Assembly: GCF_009914755.1 (NCBI RefSeq)
Contig: NC_060935.1
Source of the DNA: the human T2T-CHM13v2.0 reference genome, Homo sapiens
DNA length: 64,000 nucleotides
Direction: 5' to 3' (one strand)
Below, in pieces: positions 52,081 to 64,000 of the stretch. The notes below the pieces were generated by a model. That model saw nothing but the letters and a program-made list of their open reading frames with translations. It made no database searches and had not been told where the DNA came from. Numbering within the stretch: the stretch's first letter is position 1; each line of letters starts with the position of its first letter. The translations under genes were made by a program, and so were the position numbers.

Positions 52081-55000
52081 ATATTTTCTCTTGCTTACTC
52101 TCTCCACCAAATATTCCAATAATCAATAATCAGAATTGAACTGAATATCTTAAAGTCCTTCATCCTCTCCAAGTTCAAGAAATGTTTTAGATAGACTCAA
52201 ACACAGAATATAACTGAAGAGTATTATTCTCCAAGCTACCAAACCTAGGCCTAGACAGCCAATATCAATTTAGCTTTGCCTTATGGAAGAATGAACGCAT
52301 GAGTCTTTATGGCCTATAAATCTGATTGATGTTCATCTTAAAAGCCCAAAAGACTATATGGGAGAGTACCAAAGTTTTACTACCCACGCAGATAAATAAC
52401 CATGGAATTTCAAACTTCTTGACAGGGAACAAAAAAAGCAACCCGACAAGTGAGAATCGGGTTGAGATCCTCCCAACTCACTCATTAAGATGTCTTAATG
52501 GTGACTGGCAAGTTTCTACCATTATGGATGCAGAAAGGTGAATAAGATCCCTTTCAAGTTTCTGACTGCTAGCCAAAGATCCAGTTTCTAAAATATAGCA
52601 TTTACTGGAATCATTAAGATTCACCTATCACAAAACTAAATAGATACCGTCTGCAGAGACGCAAATCAAACTCTGAGCCCTAGAGGCTCTGCTACTGCCA
52701 GAGTTACAGCTGTAGATACAATCACAGAGAATAGGGTCATGATAAGTTATTAGGGAGAACAACAGTCCCAAGATCACATCGTAGCTCTTCCACTTAGTAA
52801 TTACAATTATTACTATCGCTAACATTTATTAATTGTTTAACATGTGTCAAGCACTGTAACAAGCATTTGACATATGTTCTCAGAAAGGTCACACAGGTAG
52901 TGAGTGATTCTAAGCTAGGTCCATTTAACTTTAAAATCTAGCAGCAATGCCTTCTTACAGATGCCTGAGATCACCCAGCACTTCCAGAGATGCTGGGTTC
53001 CTTCTTCTTTACCCTTTTTTCTCTTCTCCACAGCCCCTTACTCTCATCCAATGTCCTTACTAGATGTGGGAATTTGGGAAATTGCTATGGAGCCTCAACT
53101 TCTTCATCTTCAAACTGCAGATAAAAGTTGCACTTGCTTCGTTGGGTTGTTGAGATAATTACATGAAATCATGACCCACAAAGGGCTTATCTTATGGTGG
53201 AATTTTAACAAATGTTAGCTCCATTGTATATAACTGTGCTAGTTAGTAATGTGAAACTCAAGAATTATAAAGTCCATCCCTTGCCCTTACAATGTTTACA
53301 TTCTATTTCATGTCATCCTTAATGGGAAACTAGTATTTAGTCCTTACTAGCCAAACCGTGATATCTACGTTAGGGCAAAATTCTGGGCTAGATGACATGC
53401 TGATTAGATCCAATGCCTTCAGGTCTTTAGCTTGGTAATGCTCTCCCTTGATCAGCATTTTACCACTGATGGAAAATACCTTCCAAAATCTTACCCTAAG
53501 GTTTAGTCTCAACCAACAGAAATGCACCCTACTTCCTGGCAGCACCACCAACTCTGCCAAGCATCTTCCTGAAACAAAGAAGACCCTAGTAGGGCTTTAA
53601 AATGCTTATGGCAGAAGCTCACCGAAAAGACCTTCATCTCCTAAGGGAGGAACATATCAGCCACACATAATGTGATCATGGAGAATGAAAACAAGTGACT
53701 TTTATCTACCTTGGTTTGCTTCCTAAAAAAATGAGGCAGTTGAGTGAGCTGATTCCTGGGTTCTTTCCCAGTTCCAAAGAAACTCTAAAACAATATGCAA
53801 AGGGGACAACTTTTCTTTTTCAAATGAAGATTTTTCTCTCTAATTTTCCAAACCCTTTGATGCTACTTATCATGATTCCCGGTGTCACTGACAAACACTT
53901 GATGTCACCATCTGCTAAAGCAGAAGTTTTGAAGTGCAGTGTGTCCCTCATTCATTGTGAACAGAGGGTCACAATCCATTTGTTATCAATAATGGTTGAA
54001 ATGCTAAAATCTCCTAATGCTTTTTTTCGTAAATTTGAACATGATTATAAAAATTAGAATATTATCACTGTTCTACTGCCAGCTTTCTGACATATTTAGC
54101 TGAGTAGGAGAAAGGTAGAATTTTGATATTCCCATTGGAAATTGTTTGCGTGAAGATCAGTCAATGTTGTTGTAATGCCAGAAAATTAGGTTGAGAATTA
54201 ATGATCTGTTCTGCGTCCAGAACATTGAGGAAAAAGTGAAAAATATTTTATCCTGAGCCAGGACAACAAGATATTTGTCCAGGGAAGTCTATTGTATCAC
54301 CATGTGCTCTTCTAATACATTAATTCAAATTACCGCATAATAACTAACTACATATTGAGGCTATCATTCTGTTTCAAGTATTATTCTCACACTTTCTTTC
54401 CTCTTACACCCATTATACTTCTGAGTGTTCCTCTCCAACCACCAGTTAAAGATCATTTAATTATTATATTCGTATCACATATAATTAGAAAAGAGACTCT
54501 TCTCCTGCTTCTAGCATTCTGAAAACAAAGATAATTTTTCAATTCCCACAAAAAGTATCATTGCTGAAATACATCTCCATTCATTCATTCATTTATCCAC
54601 CCAAATAGTTATTAAGCATCTACCATTTGCCTAGCCCTCCATGTGGGCACTTACAAGGCCATGCAGATGAATTGACTGAAGATTCTGCCTTTTGGGAGTT
54701 TATAATCCAATCTTAAAATACAACATATTCATCAATAACAAATTATGTGCCACAGGAAAAAGCAGTAAAGGACAATGGTTAAAACTTCCAGTTTTGGAGT
54801 CAGCTTGAAGTCGAATCCTGGCTCTGGCACTTGAGAGCTTTGTTACTGAGCAGGGAGAGGGGAGGGTGTTAACGATTGTCATTACTGGAAAATAATGGAT
54901 TGACATGGTTGAACAAGGGGTTGTGAAGGTTAGAGTTGTGTGATTGTTGTGGTGAGTGTTGTGGTTTATAAAAAGGGAACATATAAAAAGTGCTGCCAAG

Positions 55001-57209
55001 TTTCAATCAAGGAGGGATTCGTTCCAATCAAGATTATCAAGTAAGGCCTTGTGGAGAACGTGGCCTTCCAACTTGGCCTAAAAGGACACATAATTATGAA
55101 CATATAAAGAAAGACCAGAGAAAGGGCATTGTAGGCAAAAGAAACACCACAAATAAAAGCAAAGAAATAGGAAAGCAAGATGTATGTTCCAGAAACACCA
55201 GCAATTCAACAGGACAAAAAGAGACAGAAATAAAGTTGGAATAAAAGATGTAGGTTAGATTGCAGAAAATTTTAAACTTCAAACAAGCTAAGGAAGTTAG
55301 ACTTTCATTAGCATAGAGAGTCACAAGAATCCTGGGAGTACCCCTTAAGGGAAAGTAATCTTTGCAAGAAAAGCATAGGTCCCATAGAGTGATAGTTTAA
55401 TAAATTTCTATTACTATTATTACAGAAAAATCAATAACACTACAATATATTCCATGCTGGAATCATGCCTGCTACCTGTCAACAGACCATACAGAAGTGG
55501 ATTCTGGAAACTAGAAACATAAGTTGAGGGAAAATGTGTTTATCGACATTTAGTTTAAATTATTGCCGCTTCAAGGGCTTGACTAGGAGAGAAGGCAAGC
55601 TTAAAGGAAAGGCAAAGTGGTAATATGCCTCAGATCATTTTAAGGAAGTATAGAAATGTTTTGTTCTCCTCGAATGATCAAGACACAATATTGAGTTACC
55701 TAAAGCAGGCCCTTCAAGGATTTAGAAATTGAAAGAGATTGATGAAATCAATCCAGAGGTCACCAAATCAAGGTTTCTCATGAGCAGGTGCCTACCTTTT
55801 CACATTGCAGCTAATTAAATACAAATGCTCATAAGGTAAAAATCAAAGAACGCTTAGACTTCATAAAGCACTTCAGTTATATTAGACTCTCACTTTAGCT
55901 TCTAGTTAGACTAACCGGGGCTTTTTCAGCTGAAAGTGACAGAAACTTAACTCAAACTAGCTTAAACAAAACAAATTGACTCACATAGCTGCAATTCCTA
56001 GGAATTCAGATATAGACAATTCTAGGCATTCAAATAATGTCCTTATGACCCACTTTTGCCATCACTCAGCTCTGCTTTCCTCCATTCTCAGGTACAACCT
56101 CTTCATAAGAAGATAAGAATGGCCACAGTAATTCCAGCTTGTATGACCTTTATAACTTATAATCTCCCAAAATTAAAATAGCATGTATCTGTTAGTGTCA
56201 CATACTCAGTTTCATTGAAGTGCTCTGACTAATCATGCTTAAAACATGTGACCACCCCTTGGATAAATTACTATGGGCAGTCAGAAAGAGATCGGCCTGT
56301 CTACCTTTTTCATTAAAGGTAACACCAGCTGCTTTATTATACTAACCCTGAAATCAAAGCGATTTCACATAAAATAAGTTTATTTCTTGATCAAGCATGA
56401 GTTCAAAATTAATGGTCCTAATTGGCAGAGGGGAACTCTGTTCCATGTAACCATTCAGGGTCTGTGTATGTACTTTAGACATATTGGAAAAGTAAAATAT
56501 TTTTGAACAAAGAAATGAATATCTGCTATCTTTGTTTTATAAATGAAGAATGTGATAGTGAAAGTCCACTGCTACCTTGTTCAAAAGATCAGAGTTCTAG
56601 ACCCAGAAGAGCAACTTGCTCACTATATATCCTGGTATACCACTCCATCTTACCTAGGACTCCCATCCTTATTTGTAAAATGAAGGCATCATGCCATGTT
56701 ACTACCCTGCTCCAAATGTTTATTTTTTAACTATCTATACAGTACATGTAGATACAGTACTCAGTATCTCTTATAAAAATGAACTTATCTCTATAAAATA
56801 TAGATGATTAAGACTCATTATGACATAGCGAGTTAGAGGGAGCAAAGAAAACTGTGGGAGCATGATCATAGCCTGTTTGGATATCACAAACAGAGAAGAT
56901 GTTCTCACAAGATAGAAATAATGTTCCTTCCACCCACATCTTGACATATGGACATGGATGGGTATGGTGTTGTGATGGGAGAATGAGAAGTTATTGTAAT
57001 TTTAAAGCTTATATAATCTCATGAAAGCCTTGTTCTCTGAATCAAGCTTCAATTAGGAAATTGTATCAATAAGATCTCCTAACAATCTATCTGCCAAAAG
57101 TCTCTTATTTATCCCATGACTCCAGTGGATTCTAATTACTGGTAAAAACCAGAAAGGCTCCTAAGCCTGTAGATTCTACTGCACAGCACAGATTAAGCAC
57201 CAATAAATA

Positions 57210-57375
57210 GGAAGGAAGGAAGGAAGGAAGGAAGGAAGGAAGGAAGGAAGGAAGGAAGGAAGGAAGGGAGGGAGGGAGGGAGGGAGGGAGGGAGGGAGGG
57301 AAGGAGGGAGGGGAGAGAAGGAGAAGAAGGGATAAGGGAATGGGGGAAGAGGGGAAGGGGAGAAGGAGAAAGAGG
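57210..57375. repeat. (GGAA)14(GGGA)9 microsatellite plus purine-rich tail
   Basis: GGAA at 57210-57265 and GGGA at 57266-57301. Confidence 0.97.
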
Positions 57376-59569
57376 GTAAATTTAAGAATTATAATGGTTG
57401 AAAAGGCTTGTTTCAGTGCTTGACACACACAGACACACAAATAAAGACACACACACACACATACACGGTTACTCATTAGCCCTTTGCTATAATTCTAAAG
57501 CATTCCCTTATGTCCAAGAAACTGCTTTCAGCAATCTTCCCCATAAGGGATGTAAGGTGTTCGTTGTAGGAGATAAAAAGGCCCATTAACTATAATCTTG
57601 TCTGCCAGCACCTATTTTACCCTGCTGACATTCCCATGTGAGTTTATTATGAAGGCCAGTCAGTAGGGAAATGCTTTACTTATTACAATCACCTCTGTAA
57701 CACTTAAATATCAGTCAGGGCAGATTAAATCCTATAACAAACAACTCTAAAATGTCAGTGGTTTAACATGATAATAGGCAATTTCTCATATAGTCTAATA
57801 TGGTTTAGCTGTAGAGAAACGGGTCATTCAGGGGCTCAAGCTCCTTTCATCATGGGGCTATCCCAACCCAAATATTATGTGATGTTTAAGTACAAATGCC
57901 ACTGGTAAGTCTCTCCCAGTACTCTTTCAAATTTTCAGAGAGGAAACCCCAGTGAGTCCCTTCATTTTTAAGTCATTCTACGCATATCATAAATCATTGG
58001 CTATCCTCTAGATCCCCTCAACCCAAGATTTTCCCACTCCTTGTTGAATCCACTATAACCAAGGGGTGAGGCCCTGTGGCTTACTACCCAGTATTTGAGA
58101 CCCAAAGAACCAAATCACTACCTCTCCAAGTACTAGCCAACTGAGACCAGCACGAGGGACAAAATCAGCATCACATTAGTGTCTGCTTTATTACTTGTAC
58201 CCGTACACTGGAAATCAAGGCAGGGATTCCCGTTTCTACCTCTGCTCTGCTCTGAACTTATCCACCCAATTACACACAGAGAGCCTAAAACATAGAACAT
58301 CAAGGCCTAAGTAGAAGCAGTCTCTTACCACATGTAGACCACAAAGAGAAGACTTCTAGTTCAACCCCTTAAGAGCAATGTTCCCAAGAAACAGCAACAG
58401 GACAAAGTCTAGTTTAGGAAACTCTTGGAGGCCCCACTGGTAATTTGGAGCAATCTTATTTGCCATTTGCCTTCCCAATGAGAGAGTCAAGTAAAGAAGT
58501 AAATAAAATGAAATCAAGATTCCTCTCCAGTCCTTCAGAGAGAGTGGACATGCTGGCATATGTTCTGTCTTCTGTGAGAAGAGTTACAAATACGGGGTAA
58601 GAAAACAGAATGGCTCCCCTCTACTGATTCACCATGGACTGCAGGTGGGAGCTCCTTGGCTTTTGTTCCCATGAGTTTCCAACACCCACAGAGAAATAAA
58701 ATCTTGCCTTCCAAAGAGACTCAGAGTAGGGCCAGGCAGAGAGTAGGAGGTTGCTCAGTGATATTTAAAACTATATAATAAGAATCCTATTGTATTTTCC
58801 ATTTGCTTCTAAATTGAAATCCATAAGATGACACAGATGAAATACAGATGAATTTCAACATCAAGAGAACATTACTCAGAAAAAAAAACAAGGAATCAGC
58901 ATGGCCAATTGTGCATTCCCAATGGAAAGCCCCTGGGGAGGTGTTCAGAATCTCTCCCTCTGCTGCTGGACTGGCAGAATGAAAGCCATTTCTCAGAGGG
59001 TGAGGAGAGAATATGTTTTGTCTCTTTGTCCTGTCTTGGGCCAGCTACAGGGCTCAGTAATAGAGCTCAATCTATTCCCCACTCCAAAAACAAATTCCTT
59101 CTCTACTTACGGTTTGAATAATTTGTTTCCACATTTTCCCACAGTGGCAATATCATTTGTTCTAAGTATGTTCTTGACGCACAGAGTTCTGCCTGAACAG
59201 ATCACCCCACGTCCATAGAAGAGCAAGATAAAGACACACACAACTACTGGAACAGATTTATCCTCAAGTAATCTGAAGTACCTTCTAGTGCACAGACAAA
59301 GAGGCAATAAACACCTCAAAATCATATGCTAAAAAGACCAAGTGTGGGCCTTAGACAATGTGGGGAAAGATGATGAAATGAATCGTTCATTCTTTAATTT
59401 TCTCATTCATTCAAATAATATTTATTGAGTGCCAGTATGTGTCTGTAGTTATTGCAAAATATTGTAAAATGTTCATATACATACCAGGAATCATTTATAG
59501 ATTGAATAATATATGCATATTGCATATGCATAAATACTTTTCAAAAGTAAATATGTAATGGACATAAGC

Positions 59570-60688
59570 AGCCACTCCTTTGCTGGCTCCTCCTTATCTC
59601 TCCTACCTTTCTAAATCATAGTTCTGCAGGTCTCAGACCTCTTCTCTAAGTATGGCTATTCCCTGGATGATGTCACTTAATCTCATGGTCTTAGAAGGCA
59701 TCAGTTTCAGACAGCTCCCACATTTACATCTCTAGCAAAGACCTCCTTGCTAAACTTGAACCTAGAATATTCCAGTCCCTGACTGACACCAACATATCAA
59801 TATCTATCAGCTAAATATGCTTAAACCTAAGCTTCTTATCTTCATCCAAGCATGTTCCTTCCATAGCCCTTCTCATTTAACTAACAGCAACTCCATCCTT
59901 CAAGGCACTAATCCCAAAAGTTTGAATCATCTTTACTGTTTCTCTCTTAGGTAACCTCAAGTAACCAGTCAGCAAATTCTGCCAGTTTTACCTTTAAAAT
60001 ACTGTGTATATAGAATCCAACCACCTCTTACCATTATCACCATCAAAACATCCCTAGGCCAAGTCACCTTCAACTCTCACCTGGATTACTGTAACTGCCT
60101 CCCAATTTATCTTCCTGGTTCTGCCCTTGAACCTTTAGCATCTATTCTTCAGACAGTAATCAGAGACATCCTTTAGAAACGTGACTCAGATGAGCTCACT
60201 GCTCTGTTGCAAACCATCCAGTGGCTTCCTATTTCACTCAGAATAAGACTAAAATTCCTTGACCCTGAAGACCCATAAGGCACTCCACGATATGAACTAC
60301 AGCCAGTCACCCTCCATTCCACCCCCAATTCCACCCCTACCGATTCACTTTGCTACAGCCATATTGTACTCTGCTCCTCCTTGAAACAGCTAACGACTTT
60401 GATCTCAGGGTCTTTGCACTTCATTGTGACATGTCATTTTATATATAACCCTCTATAGGAAGCAACTACTCCCACTTAAGACTCCTTGTTCTCTTACCAT
60501 GTTTTATTTTTTCCTTTGTGATAATTTCACCATCTTATATAAAAAGATCCTTTTGTTTATTTTTCTCCATAAAAATATAAACTTCATTTCATTCATTGGT
60601 ATGTACCCGGCACCTAGAACAGTCTCTGGCACACAGTCACTTCTCAATAAGGAAAATGCATGTACCATTTATGTATGGATGAATTGAC
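59570..60688 (+). mobile_element. L2 (L2a-like) 3' ~1.1 kb
   Basis: Pyrimidine-rich sense L2 (ctctcacctggattactgtaactgcctc, ccagtggcttcctatttcactcagaataa, gcacctagaacagtctctggcacacagtcacttctcaataa). Confidence 0.8.
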
Positions 60689-63600
60689 TTAAAATCTGAT
60701 AGCAGAATTTCTCTTAGGAAAAGAACTGACCTTGTCAGAAAAAATACCTTGCAAAATCTTTAGGATTGAAGGTAAAGTCTTGGGATTGTGGGTGTGAGCA
60801 AGAGCTAAGGGAACAAAGAGAAAACCGTAAGGTAATAAGAGGCATTTGTCTTTTGTTCTTGAGAGAATTAAGAGGTAAAAGAAGGGATGGATAAGGTAGA
60901 GGGGAGCTAGTGAAATCATGTGAACTTGAAGACCAAGTGAAGTACAGTGGCCAGTGAGGGAGGAAAAAAAAAACCCTATGAAGAGAAAAATCAAATGTAT
61001 TATAAACAGAGTACCCAATTCTTCTTGAAGTTGTTTTGTTAAATCTCCCATGCTTCCTCAATGTATAAGTCTGTTAAACATATACATTGCTTGATGTAAG
61101 GAGTATTATGTAGAATATAAAAAAACTAACAGACCTTTCTGGGTCAATACAGGGCAAAAGAGAGACAACATGAAGGGTACAAAATAATCCATAAGCTAAA
61201 ACAGCAGAAATTCAGAACCAGATATGCCCATGCAAACATATACCCCTTCACATACAGCCCTCTAAAACAAGGAAAAAGAGGGAATCAAGGAGGTCTGCTC
61301 AGCTAGGATAGACTGGGAACCTGGAGAGGCTGCCCAATATAGGGTAAGGGTAAGTGGCTGACCCCAAGTGGTCCACATTCTCACTACAGAATCTTACAGC
61401 CTAGCCAAAGGAAAGTCCCTAGAGCATTGTAGACACCAGACTAACATAGAGAGGAAGCTTCCTGGAGACTGCACGAAGGCATTGCTCTAGAGAGTGAGCT
61501 CAGCTGGGTCTCACACCTCCCCCAGGTCCTAAGCAGCTGCAACAAGGCAGCATATTGACAGCTGAGCCCCCACAAGCCTGCAACCTGCCCAGGAGCTCAA
61601 CAGCCCCTGTATCTCCACATCTCTGCAGACCCATTCCCCTCCCAGCCATACCTGTGGCTGGCTGCTGCCTCCAGGGCTGAAGCACGAGACATTGGCAAAA
61701 AGCCCCATTGCCCCCAGCAGTGCAGCTGGAGGTGCTCCTCTACCAACAGCCAACCTGGGAGAAGATGAAATTCTGGTTGTTTCTCTGGGATTAGCACCCA
61801 GCCACACCTACCCAAGGGCCACCTCTATCCCATTGGATAGAATTAGACACATGACCGTTTTGAACCAATCACTGGCAAAAGAAAGGATATTATCCTTAGA
61901 TAGTTAGGCCCATCCTTGAGGGTAGTGTCAGCTATGAGGCATATGGCTCTATGGGGAAAGGATAGTTTCCATTAGGATAGAATGGATATAGAGAAAATTG
62001 AGCTGGCTAAGTAACTAACAGTGTCCATCTCAGTGTCTTAATGATAATTGCCTGGCTCAAGCCAAATATTTCATCACTGAATTCCCAGCACATTGAATTG
62101 TGCCTGGAGCACAGTGGGTATACAATAAATATGTGTTGAGTTAATGAATGGTTTTGAATGTTCTCAGCCAGAACACATTCAGCATTTAGCATTAGTATAT
62201 AGAATATATGAGAAAAGATATATATAAGTAAACTGTAAAAAAACAGCAGGAAACCATGTAGCCAAGATTTTTGGAACGCTGCTGATTCTGTGTAATGTAT
62301 TCTTTTAAGTAAAGGCCATTCATTAAATGTATAACTACATATAATTGAAGCTTACGTCTTTTTAAGATGCTTCAATTAAATTAATTCCCAGATTTAAAGC
62401 ATGTGCCCGTTAGTTAGGGTATTGATAAATACAGTCTTCTTCAGTATAGATGAAGTAAACACTCCCAATGGCCTAAAATTTTACTTTCACTACTCTCTTT
62501 AGCTTAACATGCTATATTTATATTGAATTATAAATATCCCCAGGAGAGGCAGTGCTCTCATCTGTTGTCTTCCTTAATATCATTATAGGTGCAGATTAAT
62601 AGCATGACAATTGTTCAAGGATTCAGTTCTCCTGTTACTTAGATGAGACAAAAGTGAAATCCATCCAGAATCCTCCCCGTATGTCTCAAGGAGGCATAAT
62701 TTTCTGGCATATCTCACAGCTGCTCTCTTCTTCCTATTGCCCTGTAGCCTATCTACTCCCAGTCAACATGATGGCAGACCCTAGCTAAGAGCTAAAAGGT
62801 AGTCCAGAGAATCTAGATGCTACCAATGACTCCTGAGCTGCTGCTTTTACCAGCGTTCCTCTCGTACTCAGGTTGACAACTCCATCTACTGAACTACTCC
62901 ATTGAGTAGATTAAGGGAACCAGGCAGTTGCTGTGAGAAGCACAATCAAACACTAGATTCTCAGTTCTGGAGCCATCACTTCTAAATATAAATCCATGGC
63001 ATGTCTCCAAGCTTTGCATTCTGCAGCTGTAAATAACAGGTACATATAGCTACACATATTGGAGATACAAATACAGTCATATCACTTTTAGTAGCTTTAT
63101 TAGTAGTAAAAATTATCCAAGCTCTTGAGTATTCTTATTCCCATAAATTATCCAAGAAACTCAAGGGAATTTGAGACCCATAAAAAGGGCCTTTCTTACC
63201 GTGGAGTAGGAAAAATGGTGTCTGAGCTGCCAGTGGGTCAGCTCTCATTTCTCTGTTGGATCTGGTTCTTTACCAAAGTTGCTGTGGATCTGCTTCTGTG
63301 ATATTTCACTGCTCCAGATCCCAGAACAGCTGCAGTGATTATCTGAGAGAGGTGAGTCCCAGTCCTTTAGAGCCAGGCACAGCCAACAATGCCCCAAAGT
63401 TGGACTTCTACCAGTTATAGATCTAGTGACCTACACTTGCAGTTCTCTATGACAGCCACTTTCCAGGAACATGATCACTCTTGGTTTTTTGTCCTCCTCC
63501 TCTTACACCCAGAACCATCCACCACTTTCTTTCCAGACTAGGTAACTGGGCCACATTTCCACTGATGGAAAAAAAAAGTCTGATTACTGCCTCTTCCTGC

Positions 63601-63691
63601 AGAATATGGTGGGTAGGGGGAGTTTTCTACTCTTCTAGGAGTAGCCACACAAGGACTTGAGAAGGACAAATCCCACCATTCTAAGAAAAGC

Positions 63692-63787
63692 TAGCTTCAG
63701 TGGCCCTAGACACATTTAACCTTCTAAGGGATGTTCCCTTAAGAATATCCCTTAGGAGGTTAAATGTGTCTAGGGCCACTGAAGCTA
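63692..63787. repeat. Near-perfect inverted repeat: 45-bp arms, 6-nt spacer
   Basis: Left arm 63692-63736 against the reverse complement of 63743-63787 is 43/45 identical. Confidence 0.97.
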
Positions 63788-64000
63788 ATATTTCAGGTGA
63801 TTTTAAGGTGACCACATCTATCCTTCTGAATGAAGGGGAATTTTCTTTCTGTGATTCCAAGATGATTTTCTTGGAATCCAGAGAAAAGAAAAAAAAACAA
63901 AATCTCTAGTGGAGCACACTACTGCATGTCCATCTTTGTTACTGAAAGGATCAAATATGATAATGTGCAAGTATTTAACTAACCTCAGCACACTATACTA

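Noticed and set aside
52439-52464. Inverted repeat CAACCCGA-N10-TCGGGTTG
   Set aside because: 8-bp arms with a variable spacer are within chance expectation, and there is no other support.

Overview
Primate (very probably human) non-coding DNA, either intergenic or deep intronic, and dominated by interspersed repeats. The main element is a full-length but ORF1/ORF2-dead L1PA4-like LINE-1 on the minus strand (~2652-8801). The window also holds five Alus, a THE1A provirus, an old two-LTR MLT1 provirus, several solo LTRs (MLT2A1, MER50, MER61-like, THE1D), hAT DNA-transposon fossils (MER20, MER81), many L2/MIR/old-L1 fragments and microsatellites. I cannot support any cellular protein-coding exon, RNA gene or CRISPR array, and I found no new multi-gene system. 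The most notable unexplained structures are: a 96-bp near-perfect inverted repeat (45-bp arms) at 63692-63787; a tiny polyadenylated, TSD-flanked retrocopy of an unidentified transcript at 14742-14864; a ~1.1-kb compound repeat built from an L2 motif (11134-12256); a decayed ~60-bp tandem repeat at 35.1-35.45 kb; and an open antisense ORF0 in the dead L1. Subfamily names come from recalled consensus sequences and need RepeatMasker/Dfam confirmation. Boundaries of old elements are approximate.
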